Shown: positions 19,793 through 30,394 of the stretch, piece by piece | Numbering within the stretch: position 1 is the first letter of the stretch | How the letters are laid out: each line of letters opens with the position of its first letter | Notes under the pieces: generated by a model | The model's database searches: none | What the model saw: only the letters and a program-made list of their open reading frames with translations | Told to the model about the DNA's origin: nothing | Source of the DNA: Paramicrosporidium saccamoebae KSL3 | Taxonomy: Eukaryota > Fungi > Cryptomycota | Direction: 5' to 3' | Assembly: GCA_002794465.1 (NCBI GenBank) | Contig: MTSL01000149.1 | Span: 12,767-44,766 of the forward strand | Length of the DNA stretch: 32,000 nucleotides | Made by a program: the position numbers and the translations under genes

Positions 19793-22552
19793 TTAGCGTC
19801 GCCAGTATTGGGCCCATTTGTGAAGTGTCTCGAATACCTTGGGAAAGAGAGCGGTCATGGACTCGTCTATAAGCCGCTCTAACGCTAACAACGCATCTAA
19901 TTCCTCCAGATCCAGCATTAGCCGATCGTGCACATATCGAGTTCCGACCGGATCTGAAGACAGCGCCAGAAAGGATATCAGTAGCCTTGCATGGCGCCGA
20001 AGAAGTGAGAATGCTGCAAAACAGAGCAGCTTGAAGCGATAGAACAGTGGGCCGGTAGGGCCTCCCATCGTCTCGACCATCTCTTTGCACAGCTTCATTG
20101 GAGGAGGAAACGGCTTGGGATCGTTGCCGAACAAGTAGGAAAAATCTACATGAAATATTCGTCCGTCGCGAGTCAGCAAGAGATTGTCAAGATGCCTATC
20201 ACCAATTCCAAGTACATATGTGAACACGCAATACCCAGCTATCCAGTGAGTAATCGGAAATGAAGAGTACCGCAACTTTTCACAAAGTTATCTAAAACCT
20301 CCTCGGGGGCTGATGCGCTGGGAGGAAGATTTCCGCCGGATGAGGAGCGCTCAACAAGGTCAAACGTCGAAGCGAGACTTGCTAAGGAGGGGTTCATAGA
20401 TGCTGCGCTCAAATAAGCCAGAACGCTGCCGCCATAGGCAGCAATGATGTTGGATAATGGCTCAGAGGGGATAAATTCGAGCATTCCCTCTGTCAGTGAT
20501 AAGGCGATACATCGATACGGAGTGACTTTTAGATCCAGACAGTTTCGTTTCCAAATCACGTCCATCAATCGGAGCACACCCAAGATCAAAGCGTCCTGAC
20601 GCATGTCCTCACCGGCCTTGACAATGATGGAATGTTCACGAATGTCCGTAGTCACAAATGACACCTTGACCGGCATCGCAGTGCTCTTAAATATCAGCAG
20701 CTTGTCAGGCAGAGTCCCAGTCACCTTAATGTTAACATCATATGGGAGTGAAAGCGTGGTGAATGAGAGAATGCCGTTCTTTGGATCACTAGTAACCTCC
20801 TTTAGTAGTGATATTCTCTGGTGCCGATTCAGCCGCACCAAGCGTGTATCTCTAAATAGCAGTGACATTTTCTTGAACAAGTGCTCCTGTTTGAAAAGTG
20901 ACTGCATTAACTGGGCCGTTTCTACAGTTTTCTGAAATCGATGCAGCAGCAAACCCAGCAACCTTGCAAAGATATTGTCGCGAGATTCTTTTCCTGCAGA
21001 AATTTCCTTGGATCGCACCTTTAACTGCCAGAATAGTAGTTGTGCAAACGATGGCCATTCCAGTGCTTTTTCGACGAGAAAATCACCCAGGAGATTCACT
21101 GCATTCTTGGCTTGCTTGACGCCCTCCTCGTCCCCTTCTGCATCCGGATAGAAATCTTGGTAGTGCGAGATACGCTTAAAGTACTCTAGCATGCACGGAA
21201 AGATGAGGGTCATCATGTCCAGATCCATAGAGTAAATACTGCGAGAGAATGCCGCTGCCCAGATTAAATTCACGTCTTCAGACAGAATTGGTCCTTCCAC
21301 GGACATTAATTCCAAGCAAGTCCATGGTGATGGCGGGTCCCAGGTGAGCAGAACATCTCGTATCATTTCCACCTCTTCCCTGTCTTCCCAATCGACAATC
21401 TGTACAACTTTTGGCAGGGCCTACCCAAATCAATACGATGAAATGCCTCTGTACATGTTCGACATTTCTAAGCCAATAACGATATTTCCAAAACATTGCT
21501 CTATTATCCGGGGTCCAGTTCCATGTTATCGGCCGCGCTAGCAATTCCTAAAAGTCCAATTCCAGTCGCTCCGTTATACCATCAAGTATTCATAGGCCAT
21601 GGCAGAGGGCTCGTGATCCCGTGGATCATCGTGAACAGTCCGTCTGTACTTTTTCCAATATTTCTCAACAGGGTCCAGCCCCATTTCTGATTCAGCGTCA
21701 ACAAAGGACTGATCAACAACCTAATTGATCATGAAAACTTGGGGAGAATACATATTCTTCAAATTGAATCGGCTGAGTTAGGCGCGGAAGCTGAACAAAG
21801 ACATACATTCGACGCGATTGTTCCGCCTCACGACGCTGCATCTGGCCGATCGCATCGGGATGGATTTTGCTATGAAACGCTTCCGGTTCAATAAAGCCAT
21901 CTTCGTAATCTTTCAAGAGCTGCTACGCGGTAAGGCGATTACGAATGTTACCTGTTCAAGAAGATTGAGTTTTTGAAATTCGCCAGAAAGGCTGGAATAA
22001 TCTGGAATACCGTCTGTTTTGCAATTGCTAGGATCTGAAGGAAACTCTGCCGGGCTCGTCCACAACATTAACTTGTAATGCCCTTGTCGGAGTATATGCT
22101 TCTGCTTTTCCGTCGTGTTGAATAAATACAGGGTGGTGCCGGCCAGAATCTTTTGGGTGTCACGCTGCACAAGACTCAGAATTAAACAGCTGGTGGGGTT
22201 CATTTCATCAATTCGGCAGCCAAAGTCCACCTCTTCTCCCCATACCGGCTCCCGTCCATTCCTAAACTGTAGGAGAGAGGCTGTCGGTACTGCTGTAAGA
22301 TGGAGCGCGTTTCAAGCGGGCCAAATATTATCTCCCCACCATGTGCTAGTTCCACTTGCCAGCTCAACTCGAGCGGACTACAGAGTGAATTGCGAGGCAA
22401 TATGCCTACTCATCAGACTCGACTCCAAGTGCCCGTCCAATCGGTCCGATTAATGCGTCTCTACAGAAAATTACAGATATAGGGAGATTATACATTTTAA
22501 CAATAACGTGATGGTCAACATTGAGAGACGACTTGACGGGAACATTGTCCAT
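19793..22552 (-). CDS. VPS34: Class III phosphatidylinositol 3-kinase Vps34 (C2, helical, kinase domains), 9 exons
   Basis: ATG 22552. Introns 22493-22461, 22409-22378, 22290-22262, 21951-21923, 21751-21721, 21579-21548, 21454-21421 and 20270-20239 (29-34 nt) give one frame with VIVKIDALIG, FWKYRYWLRNVEH|ALPKVVQIVDW, KAGEDMRQD, KSC|AGYCVFTYVLGIGDRHLDN and terminal HKWAQYWRR. Confidence 0.93.
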
Positions 22553-22600
22553 TTGATATGAAATCTGTGACGCGAGATAGTATATTTACGGGCCAGGGAT

Positions 22601-22693
22601 TCCCACAAGGGTCTGTTGATGAGCGAATGAATTGTATTAAAGCATGTAGCAGTTAGATAGCTATCTTTAATACAATTGGGATGGCTTGTGGGA
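22601..22693. repeat. Nested inverted repeat (9-bp outer + 13-bp inner perfect arms)
   Basis: TCCCACAAG 22601-22609 / CTTGTGGGA 22685-22693 enclose AATTGTATTAAAG 22630-22642 / CTTTAATACAATT 22665-22677. Confidence 0.85.
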
Positions 22694-22828
22694 TCGCTAT
22701 TCGAGTCGGGTTTACCAATGGTACGCGAACATTGTTTAACAGGGTCATTCCTTTCAACTTCACATGGGGAAATTTGTTTTATTTTTGATCAATACTGTGG
22801 GTCCCCGATCATTGGAACAGGCGCTTAT

Positions 22829-24280
22829 TCACTTCCAAGCCGAAGTTATAGGCTGTGACTTGCCAATAATCTCCACGCTAAAGCCAATTTGTCGCAGTTC
22901 GATGGGGTCCAGAATCAGACGACCGTCAAAAATAAAGGCTGGCTTACGCATTGATTGGTAGATGCGTTTGTAATCAAGGGTCTTGAATTGGTCCCATTCA
23001 GTGCAAACTACCAGTGCATCCGCTTCCTTGCACGCCTCGTACACATCTGTATTCAATGTAATGTTGGAAGTGCCATTTGGACGGCGGAGAGAGGAAATGT
23101 CCTCTAACATCTGCTCGTGACTCACAACTGGATCGTAAATGGACAATTGTGCATCCTCGGCCAGCAAACAGTCCACCACTGTGAGTGCGGGGGTTTCCCT
23201 CGTATCGCCGGTATTCTTCTTGAACGCAAAGCCCAGAATGGCAATGCGCTTATTGGAGACAGTGTGGAAGAGATTGCTGATGATTTTTCGTACAAATCGC
23301 GTTTTCTGATATTCATTGAGATCAACGACCTGCTTCCAATAATGGGCCACCTCGGGCAAGTTGAGACTTTCACAGAGATACACCAGGTTGAGGATATCTT
23401 TGTGGAAGCAGCTCCCTCCAAAGCCCACACCTGCCTTTAGGAAGTTGGGGCCGATACGCGTATCCCAACCAACGGCAGTTGCCACTTCATCAATGTCCGC
23501 GCCAGTTGCTTCGCAGAGAGCAGAGAGTGCATTAACACTGGAGATGCGTTGAGCAAGCATTGCATTGGCTGCCAGCTTGCTGAGCTCGGAAGACCACAGG
23601 TTGGTTGTGATGATACGTTTGCGAGGGACCCAATTGCTGTATATCTTGACGAGCGCCTCTTGGGCATCTTTTCCAGCCGGACTGTTCATCCCACCGATTA
23701 GGATGCGATCTGGAGCCTGTAGATCGGCGATCGCAGTTCCTTCGGCGAGGAATTCGGGATTAGACAGCACTTGGAAACAAACATTTGGGCGACAATTGTT
23801 CTCCAGAATGGTCAAGATGCTCTGGGCAGTGCGACAGGGCACAGTGCTCTTTTCCACAATAATCTTGTTGCTAGTGGACGCATCAACAATCATCCTAGTA
23901 GCCGCTTCAATATACTTTAAATCCGCCGCCATCCCAGCCCCCAGTCCGGACGTCTTTGTTGGGGTATTGACACTCACAAAGATCAGCTCGGCCTCCTCGA
24001 TGGCCCGCGTCACATCCGTTGTGAAAAAGAGATTTCTTCCACGGCATCGGCCAACTACTTCTTCCAGGCCGGGCTCATAAATGGGCAAGGGACCTTCGTT
24101 CCAGAGACGGATCCTCTCCACAGAAATATCAACAATGGTGACCTTGATGTGTGGACAACGATCGGCAATGACGGCACATGTGGGACCGCCCACATAACCG
24201 GCGCCTATGCAGCAGACCTTTGTAATGTGAGTAGGGAATCCGTTGGAAGTGGACTCGGCAGCGTTCGTTGGTATCGGCAT
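22829..24280 (-). CDS. UGDH: UDP-glucose 6-dehydrogenase (eukaryotic type), intronless
   Basis: [12 protein letters not shown] Rossmann motif, [26 protein letters not shown], catalytic [10 protein letters not shown] and [11 protein letters not shown]. Confidence 0.97.
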   Translation of the reverse strand: MPIPTNAAESTSNGFPTHITKVCCIGAGYVGGPTCAVIADRCPHIKVTIVDISVERIRLWNEGPLPIYEPGLEEVVGRCRGRNLFFTTDVTRAIEEAELIFVSVNTPTKTSGLGAGMAADLKYIEAATRMIVDASTSNKIIVEKSTVPCRTAQSILTILENNCRPNVCFQVLSNPEFLAEGTAIADLQAPDRILIGGMNSPAGKDAQEALVKIYSNWVPRKRIITTNLWSSELSKLAANAMLAQRISSVNALSALCEATGADIDEVATAVGWDTRIGPNFLKAGVGFGGSCFHKDILNLVYLCESLNLPEVAHYWKQVVDLNEYQKTRFVRKIISNLFHTVSNKRIAILGFAFKKNTGDTRETPALTVVDCLLAEDAQLSIYDPVVSHEQMLEDISSLRRPNGTSNITLNTDVYEACKEADALVVCTEWDQFKTLDYKRIYQSMRKPAFIFDGRLILDPIELRQIGFSVEIIGKSQPITSAWK

Positions 24281-24425
24281 TTCGAGACTCCCGTAGGGTG
24301 GACCGATGTTTTGAGGGACTGCAACTTCCAGATCTGGCTTTAATTTGACCTTGCTTGGTCCACAATATCACAAAGGAAAATTGCGTTTATTCTTTCCTCT
24401 ATTCATATCGGTAGGCTATATTGTC

Positions 24426-25375
24426 TCATAGTACATTTTGTTTGTCAAACTTATCCCGGCAAGGGTGTTCTTAGCAGCTTCCGGTGGCTTGGCCAATAAA
24501 ACATGTTCATCCATAGTCGCTCTTCTTCTTGTCATCACATACAGCTCTTCTAGGGCCTCCTCTTCGTCTACATCAATGAGCTGGGAGCTACCAGACGCTT
24601 GCCCCTAGCCCCGACTTTCACGTCACATGATGGGTAAATCCACATCTGATACGCCACCCCCGAGTCGACAATCAGCTGGATGACACCACAAAGAATGAAT
24701 TGGAGCGGCGAGTTGCGGGCGATGAAGAAAAAGGTCTTGAACGCATCTCCCAGAAACCATGATCCCAGCAATTCGGGCCTGCCATATTAGTTAAGGATAG
24801 ATGTAGGTACCTCAGACCACCGGTGGCTTTGGCTTTCCAATTGCTGTAGAATTGCGGCATCGCCAGAGTTGACTCAATCATCAGGGCAAGTCCCCCCACC
24901 GCCTCGGTAATCCAGACGGATCCAAAAATGAGCTTGTTGAGGATGGTGACGGTGGCAATGGAGAACACAAATAGTCCCAGAAACGCTAGATATTCGCCAA
25001 AGTAGTCCCATTGCCAGAAATTTTCCATAGCAAATCCTATAGGTGAGTGTAAACAATCCTACTACCTCGAGTAACATCATAATTATGCTTCTCACTCTTG
25101 CTCGGACGGTTCTTGAGCTGGACCCTCACAATCAACTCTAAAAGGACAAGCTGAGCGGCTATCATCATAACACTCTGACAGAGCAGGGTGAGTTCGAATC
25201 CCTTGAGAAACCAAAAGAATACGCGCAGGATGTTGGCGGAAATCAAAATGAAGCAGACGAGGGGGGAGAAGCCCCCTGGATCCTGTGAAGTCCTAATATT
25301 CATGTACTGCGGAATGTAGCCCACGATGGGCCCAAAGATAAGTCCCAAGCAGAGGAGAAGCTCCAGGAATGTCAT
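24426..25375 (-). CDS. PQ-loop membrane protein (PQLC1/SLC66A2, yeast Any1-like)
   Basis: Two PQ motifs (YIPQY, AMPQF) and WFLGDAFKT..PLQFILCG. ATG 25375; introns 25065-25037 (29) and 24810-24779 (32). A third intron 24626-24598 (29, AAG acceptor) extends the frame to TGA at 24428-24426; without it the stop is at 24570-24568. Confidence 0.85.
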
Positions 25376-25462
25376 CGGTCCGCCAACCAATCATCGTCAG
25401 GATAAATACCATTGTTTAATCTCGAAACTATTTAATTTTAGAACACTGTGCACCCTAATTTA

Positions 25463-26425
25463 ATGAGAGTCGCCCCGTTGTCCCTCCTCTTTGCTATCTT
25501 TGGTAATGTCCAGTCTGCTCAAATGAGGGACCGTGACATTGAAAAATGTGTTGCGTGCCATGGCCTGGCCAACCATGTGGTGAGTCGTTTGGCGGACACG
25601 GAGTCCCGCGCCAACGAGGAAGTGTATATTGGCAAACGTTTGGATGCCAATGGAAAGGAAGTTCCTAGCCGCGTGATCCGCTATGGAGACTCGTAAGAGC
25701 GTTTACTTGAACTTTACTAATCTCATAGTAACGAGAGACTATTGGACGTTTTGGAGGGTGCCTGTGAGGCCAATTCCAAGAAAGCCCGTGTAACCCATTC
25801 TTCTTTTGACTAACGTTAGTGTAACGAGTTCCTTCATGAACGCGAAGATGAAATTTCCACCTGGTTCCACGAGTCTCGCCGGACAGGCAACTTTTTCAAA
25901 GAGGTCTGTGAGGCTCGCATTAATGGATGTAATGCTCAAGTGGTGCAAGAATTCTTGGCAAAGGCATCTAAGAATGTTGAAGTTGAGGATGATGTGCCCA
26001 AGAAGGAGACCCCGAAAGCGGCGGCACCCAAGACCGAGAAGAAAGAGACACCCAAGGTTGAGAAGAAAGAGACACCCAAGACTGAAAAGAAAGAGTCCAC
26101 TGCACCCACCTTTGATGCTGTCGCCATTGTTAAAAAGATTGTGAACCGCATCAAGGGCAACATGATTCGCATCTACAATCTCTCTTCCGAGCTTCAGCGT
26201 GAGATGGTGCCGATTATTAAGACCAAGAACTGGGAAAAGCTCAAGACTACCCTGAAGAATAAGGACTTTTACCAAAAATACTGGATCGTCTTTGCGGCCT
26301 TTGCATCGATGATCTATTTGCTTGCGTCGTTTGTGGAAATGATTTTCGGCAAGTCGGGGAAGAAGGTACGTACTGCTGGCACTGCCAAGCGTCGTACTGC
26401 GGTAAAGTCCAAGAAGGAAGAGTAA
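25463..26425 (+). CDS. Canopy/CNPY-like saposin-fold ER protein with C-terminal TM helix and KKxx
   Basis: Signal peptide and six-cysteine saposin pattern (CVAC...AC...C...VC...GC). Introns 25693-25728 (36, TACTAAT) and 25790-25819 (30, GACTAAC) give RYGDSNERLLDVLEGAC...CNEFLHEREDEI. TM segment YWIVFAAFASMIYLLASFVEMIF; ends KSKKEE*. Confidence 0.8.
26000..26095 (+). repeat. Coding 24-bp tandem repeat (KKETPKxE) in the Canopy-like linker
   Basis: AAGAAAGAGACACCCAAG at 26039 and 26063, with degenerate copies at 26000 and 26087. Confidence 0.85.
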
Positions 26426-26539
26426 TTTCAAGAATTTGAATATGCAGAATAAAAGGTTGTGTTAATGAGATTGTGTGGGGGGTTTGTGGGTGGATGAGAT
26501 GAGGTGTGAGCGAGACGGGCGTGATTGAGATTTGTGTAG

Positions 26540-27864
26540 ATGTTAATTATCGTTGGTTTCTATATATGTTATACTCTCGCACTTTCTGCACTCTTTGTGC
26601 TTTGTGCTTTTTGCACTCTTTGCGCTTTTTGCACTTTCTGCACTCTGCGCTTTTGCACTTGTTCTCAATTTTATAGGTTTAACAACATTGGACATTTGTG
26701 TTAACTGGTCATGCGGCATAGTAACAACTGGGCAGTTTTGGTGTGCACATCCACCTTTTGGTTCAACTATCGACATGTCGCCAATGTACTCTCCGTTTAC
26801 CATATTATCAAGCGACTCGGTATTCCTGACGACCATATAATATTGATGCTGGCCGACGACATGGCCTGCAATCCACGCAACCCTATCCCGGGTGCCGTAT
26901 TTAATCATTACAACCATCATCTGAACGTCTATGGCTCTGATGTCGAAGTGGATTATCGTGGCAGTGAGGTTACGGTAGATAGTGTTTTGCGGCTGCTTAC
27001 TAGTATCCCACAAAACATATGGAATGATTTGTAGACCGGCTGCCAGTGGAGACTCCGCAATCAAAGCGGTTGGCAACAGATGAACAGAGCAATGTGCTGA
27101 TTTACATGACGGGACATGGCGGGGATAATTTTCTCAAGTTCCAGGACCAGGAGGAGATTAATGCAAGGGACCTAGCTGATGCCTTTACTCAGATGCACGA
27201 ACGGAGGAGGTATTCTCAGTGTAAATTCCGTATTAACCTTGCCAGGTATAACGAAATCCTACTAATGATCGACACTTGCCAGGCTAGCACTATGCACGAC
27301 CACATTGTGGCCCCCGGAGTCACTGCAATTGCAAGTAGCATCCGTGGCGAGTCCTCCTATTCCGTAACCAAATCCACCTTCTCACAGTTGTAGTATCAAG
27401 TCGACGATGAGCTGGGGGTGGCGGTGCTGGATCGTTTCACATGGGCACTCTTAGAGTTTACCAAAAATATCAACTCGACCTCCACTGCCACTGTGCAAGA
27501 TTTATTCGACTCGCTGGATCCCAAGTTTCTCTCCTCCCATCCTGATCTGAAACAGAGTGATATGGCAACCTCACCTTCCGAAGCACGAATAGTCGATTTC
27601 CTTGGCAACGTGCGGACCGTGGAGACGGATGTCGACCCAGTCTTCTTGCGGGACGGGGTTGAGCTGGAAAAGTTTACTCAGACGCCAAAATTCAAAATTG
27701 TGTTGGATGAGTCTCTGTCTTTGGAACAACAGGTTTTGGGGATTCCATCGAGAGAGTTTTTCCTGTTGAAACCGTCCCAGCCTCTCCTGAGCTCAGTGTT
27801 CCCCATGTTTGTATTTTTGATAATTTCATACTCTTTCTACAAGGCAGTACGTCGGGCACAATAA
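26540..27864 (+). CDS. GPI8: GPI transamidase catalytic subunit Gpi8/PIG-K
   Basis: [19 protein letters not shown], catalytic TGHGG and IDTCQA, C-terminal TM. Introns 27003-27034 (32), 27210-27245 (36) and 27364-27393 (30). 5' end uncertain: ATG 26540 with a 45-nt intron (26677-26721), or ATG 26711 without a signal peptide. Confidence 0.92.
26579..26663 (+). repeat. Imperfect ~9-bp tandem repeat (GCACTYTYT), about 10 units
   Basis: GCACTTTCT GCACTCTTT GTGCTTT GTGCTTTTT GCACTCTTT GCGCTTTTT GCACTTTCT GCACTCT GCGCTTTT GCACTTGTT. Confidence 0.85.
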
Positions 27865-27911
27865 ACATTCTTCCACCCATCAAAGAGAAACTCGGAGTAA
27901 TTCGTTTAACC

Positions 27912-29178
27912 ATGGGCGCATGCTTGGCTTGTTGTGCTTTGGACGCAGGTAATGGGTTGGCTGTCATGTCTCATTCTGCCAGGATGTGGACTTGTCTCGG
28001 GCGCTGGCAGCATGATCCTCGGCTGCCTTCCGTGGAGTAAGAGTAGAGGTGCCCGTTACATGAATGCGGTTGTATTCTTCCTCTACTGTGCACTGATATT
28101 CTCCGCTCCGTATTCTCACGACAATGGCTGATGATTTAGGTCGTGGTGTGGATATGTGGCCAGAGTGGCTCCCATAAAGGGGATAAAATGTGATGCAGAC
28201 TGCTACACATTTTATACTGTTTACCGGCTCGGCTATGCACTGGCGCTGTATCACCTGGTCCAAACAATGGCCTTGATTGGCGTGGAAGATGGCTCCAATC
28301 CACGGGCAATCATTCAGAATGGCTTCTGGCCCGCCAAGTTGTTACTACTAGCAATATTGGCAGTGGGCAGTCTATGGATTCCGCATTGGCTGATCGATTA
28401 CATGTTTTATCCAACAGTTTTCCTCGGATTCTTGTTTGTATGTGTGCAGGGAGTATTGCTGGTGGATCTGGCATTTAACTGGGCAGAGGGCATGCTGGAG
28501 GGAGCGTCAGACGGAAGTGCCATCTATCAGTATTTGATCATCGGCTCCACTGCCATCCTCAATTTAGCAATCATCGGAGTGACCGCTTCAGTGTACTTGT
28601 ATTTTGAGCGCAATCTGGAGCGGACTTTGATGACAGTGACCGCTCTGATCTTGGTTCTAATGACCGTTTGCTCCGCACTTCCATCGGTCCAGGAAAAATC
28701 GCCCAGTTCAGGAATCTTTCAATCTGCGGTTCTCGGCCTCTTTTCGCTACTAGTCATCACCAGCGCCTTTATCAGTAACCCAACCCTGCCCAAGCTGGGC
28801 ACATCAGTTTCAACCTCATTTCCTGTACTCAGCAAAATTGTATCGGCCTTTAACATTGTTTTTGCATACTTGGCCGTTGCACAGGTATCGTTCAGCAACA
28901 CTTCCAGCATATCGCGTCTCACTTCTGACCAAGAGAATACGACCAGTGATGATGATGATGATGCCGAGTACCATTATACTCTGTTTCATCTGATTTTTGC
29001 ATTCGCTGCCGTTTACACAGTTCTGTACAGTACGTATTGGCAGTACTCTGACGCTGTCGGAAAGGTTGTTGAGAGTGCCTTTGGTTTCTGGACGCGCGTC
29101 GTGGCCAGTTGGTTTGACGGGCTGTTGTATATTTGGATCCTCTTTGCTCCAATTGTTTTGCAAGATTCGCTCTTTTAA
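27912..29178 (+). CDS. SERINC/Tms1 family membrane protein
   Basis: MGACLACC start; introns 27949-27982 (34) and 28110-28139 (30); motifs VYRLGYALALYHL, NPRAIIQNGFWPAKL, VQGVLLVDLA, YHYTLFHLIFAFA and GLLYIWILFAP. Confidence 0.92.
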
Positions 29179-29255
29179 TAAATAAGCAATTATATTGAGC
29201 TATAGATTCTTTGCTCAGTTACCCCGCAAGTCGCCTCAATAACAAACATATTGGA

Positions 29256-30082
29256 CTATGAACTCTTGGTGACTACGATCAGCATAAAGGTAAGTAGCAG
29301 CGAGATCAAAACAAAGACGGTCAACAAAATCAGTTTCCATGTTGTGGCCCAGGACTTTGACGAGAAAGACTGCAAATCGCGATGTTGGTCCTTGAATCGT
29401 CCTGCGTTCACCCCTAATGCTAAGTCAGCCTTGTTCACTATTTCGCGGTCACGTTCCACCAGATCCCGCAGTGCAAAGTTATTGCTCTTTAAACGACGGG
29501 CCATATGGACCAATTCGGCAGTCAGTTCGTCGTGCTCTTTTCGACGCTCACGTGGCCTGTTTGGCTCCTCAGCTACTCGCCAATCCACGTTTGGCTTAGT
29601 TCGGTTTCTCGTATACGCCGTTGCCTGTACAGCGGGACTAGGAATAGCACTATCACGAACATCACCTTCCTGAATCGCAGCTCCATGAGCCGCAGCGTCA
29701 GGAGCCGTAGCGTCAAGAGTCATAGTGTCAGGAGTAGGTGCTACCGGCACAGTTTGTAGTGGCTCAGCATTTGCTACATTTTGTGCTATAATTTCCTGAA
29801 GGTGCTTCAGGTCTGTCTCGTTGCTTTACAAAGTCAGAATGCAAGAGTAGTTGTACCTTTCTAGCTCCTTTTCTATGAGAGCCAGCTCAGCTTCCAATTG
29901 CTCCTTTTCCTCGTGAGCACCAGAATGAAGGGCTGCCCTCAGCTCCACCAACGCCTAGCAAATTCGAACAACAAGCCAAGGTATACGGCGCGTATTTTGG
30001 TGACTCGAACCAGTAGACCCTCTGTTGAGGGCGGAGAGAAGGCGTACCTCTTGGTGCTTTCTAGTAATCTAAATTTTGACAT
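29256..30082 (-). CDS. USE1: ER Qc-SNARE Use1
   Basis: ATG 30082; introns 29986-29955 (32) and 29856-29824 (33, AAG acceptor). SNARE heptads HDELTAELVHMARRLKSNN...DREIV, then a C-terminal TM anchor. Confidence 0.8.
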
Positions 30083-30394
30083 TCTGATTGTTCCAGGGAT
30101 TGCCTCCAAATAAAATATGATAGATGCGCGAGTTAATTATGCAGCATCGCTAAACCGTATTGGTTATAAGCTAATTACAACTCCGTAACGGCACTGTCGT
30201 ATTGGACATCAATTTGAAACCATCCAATCACCGTTCCTCGAGACTACACCTTCCCGATCAGGCGATCGAGTCACCTTCCTAAACCGGCAACAACTTGGTA
30301 AGCAATGCTCCCGCTTCGCAGCGCTCTAACCTGTGTAGAAGGCTTTCAACGGCCCCGGAAACCACTGGCACTACGACCTTACGACCGACTAGAA

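Noticed and set aside
22627-22682. SECIS element (ATGA followed by a long helix)
   Set aside because: The 3' strand lacks the GA of the non-Watson-Crick quartet at the right register, and no plus-strand gene 3'UTR covers it.
25739-26431. 230-aa minus-strand ORF with Leu/Phe repeats
   Set aside because: Antisense to the Lys/Glu-rich Canopy-like gene; its hydrophobic repeats mirror the AAG/GAG codons.
26543-27076. 177-aa minus-strand ORF with SAK repeats
   Set aside because: Antisense to GPI8 and its 9-bp repeat; non-ATG start and no family motif.
30022-30047. 26-nt GTACG...CAG intron in USE1
   Set aside because: Removing it would break the frame, which is already open from ATG 30082 to the next donor.
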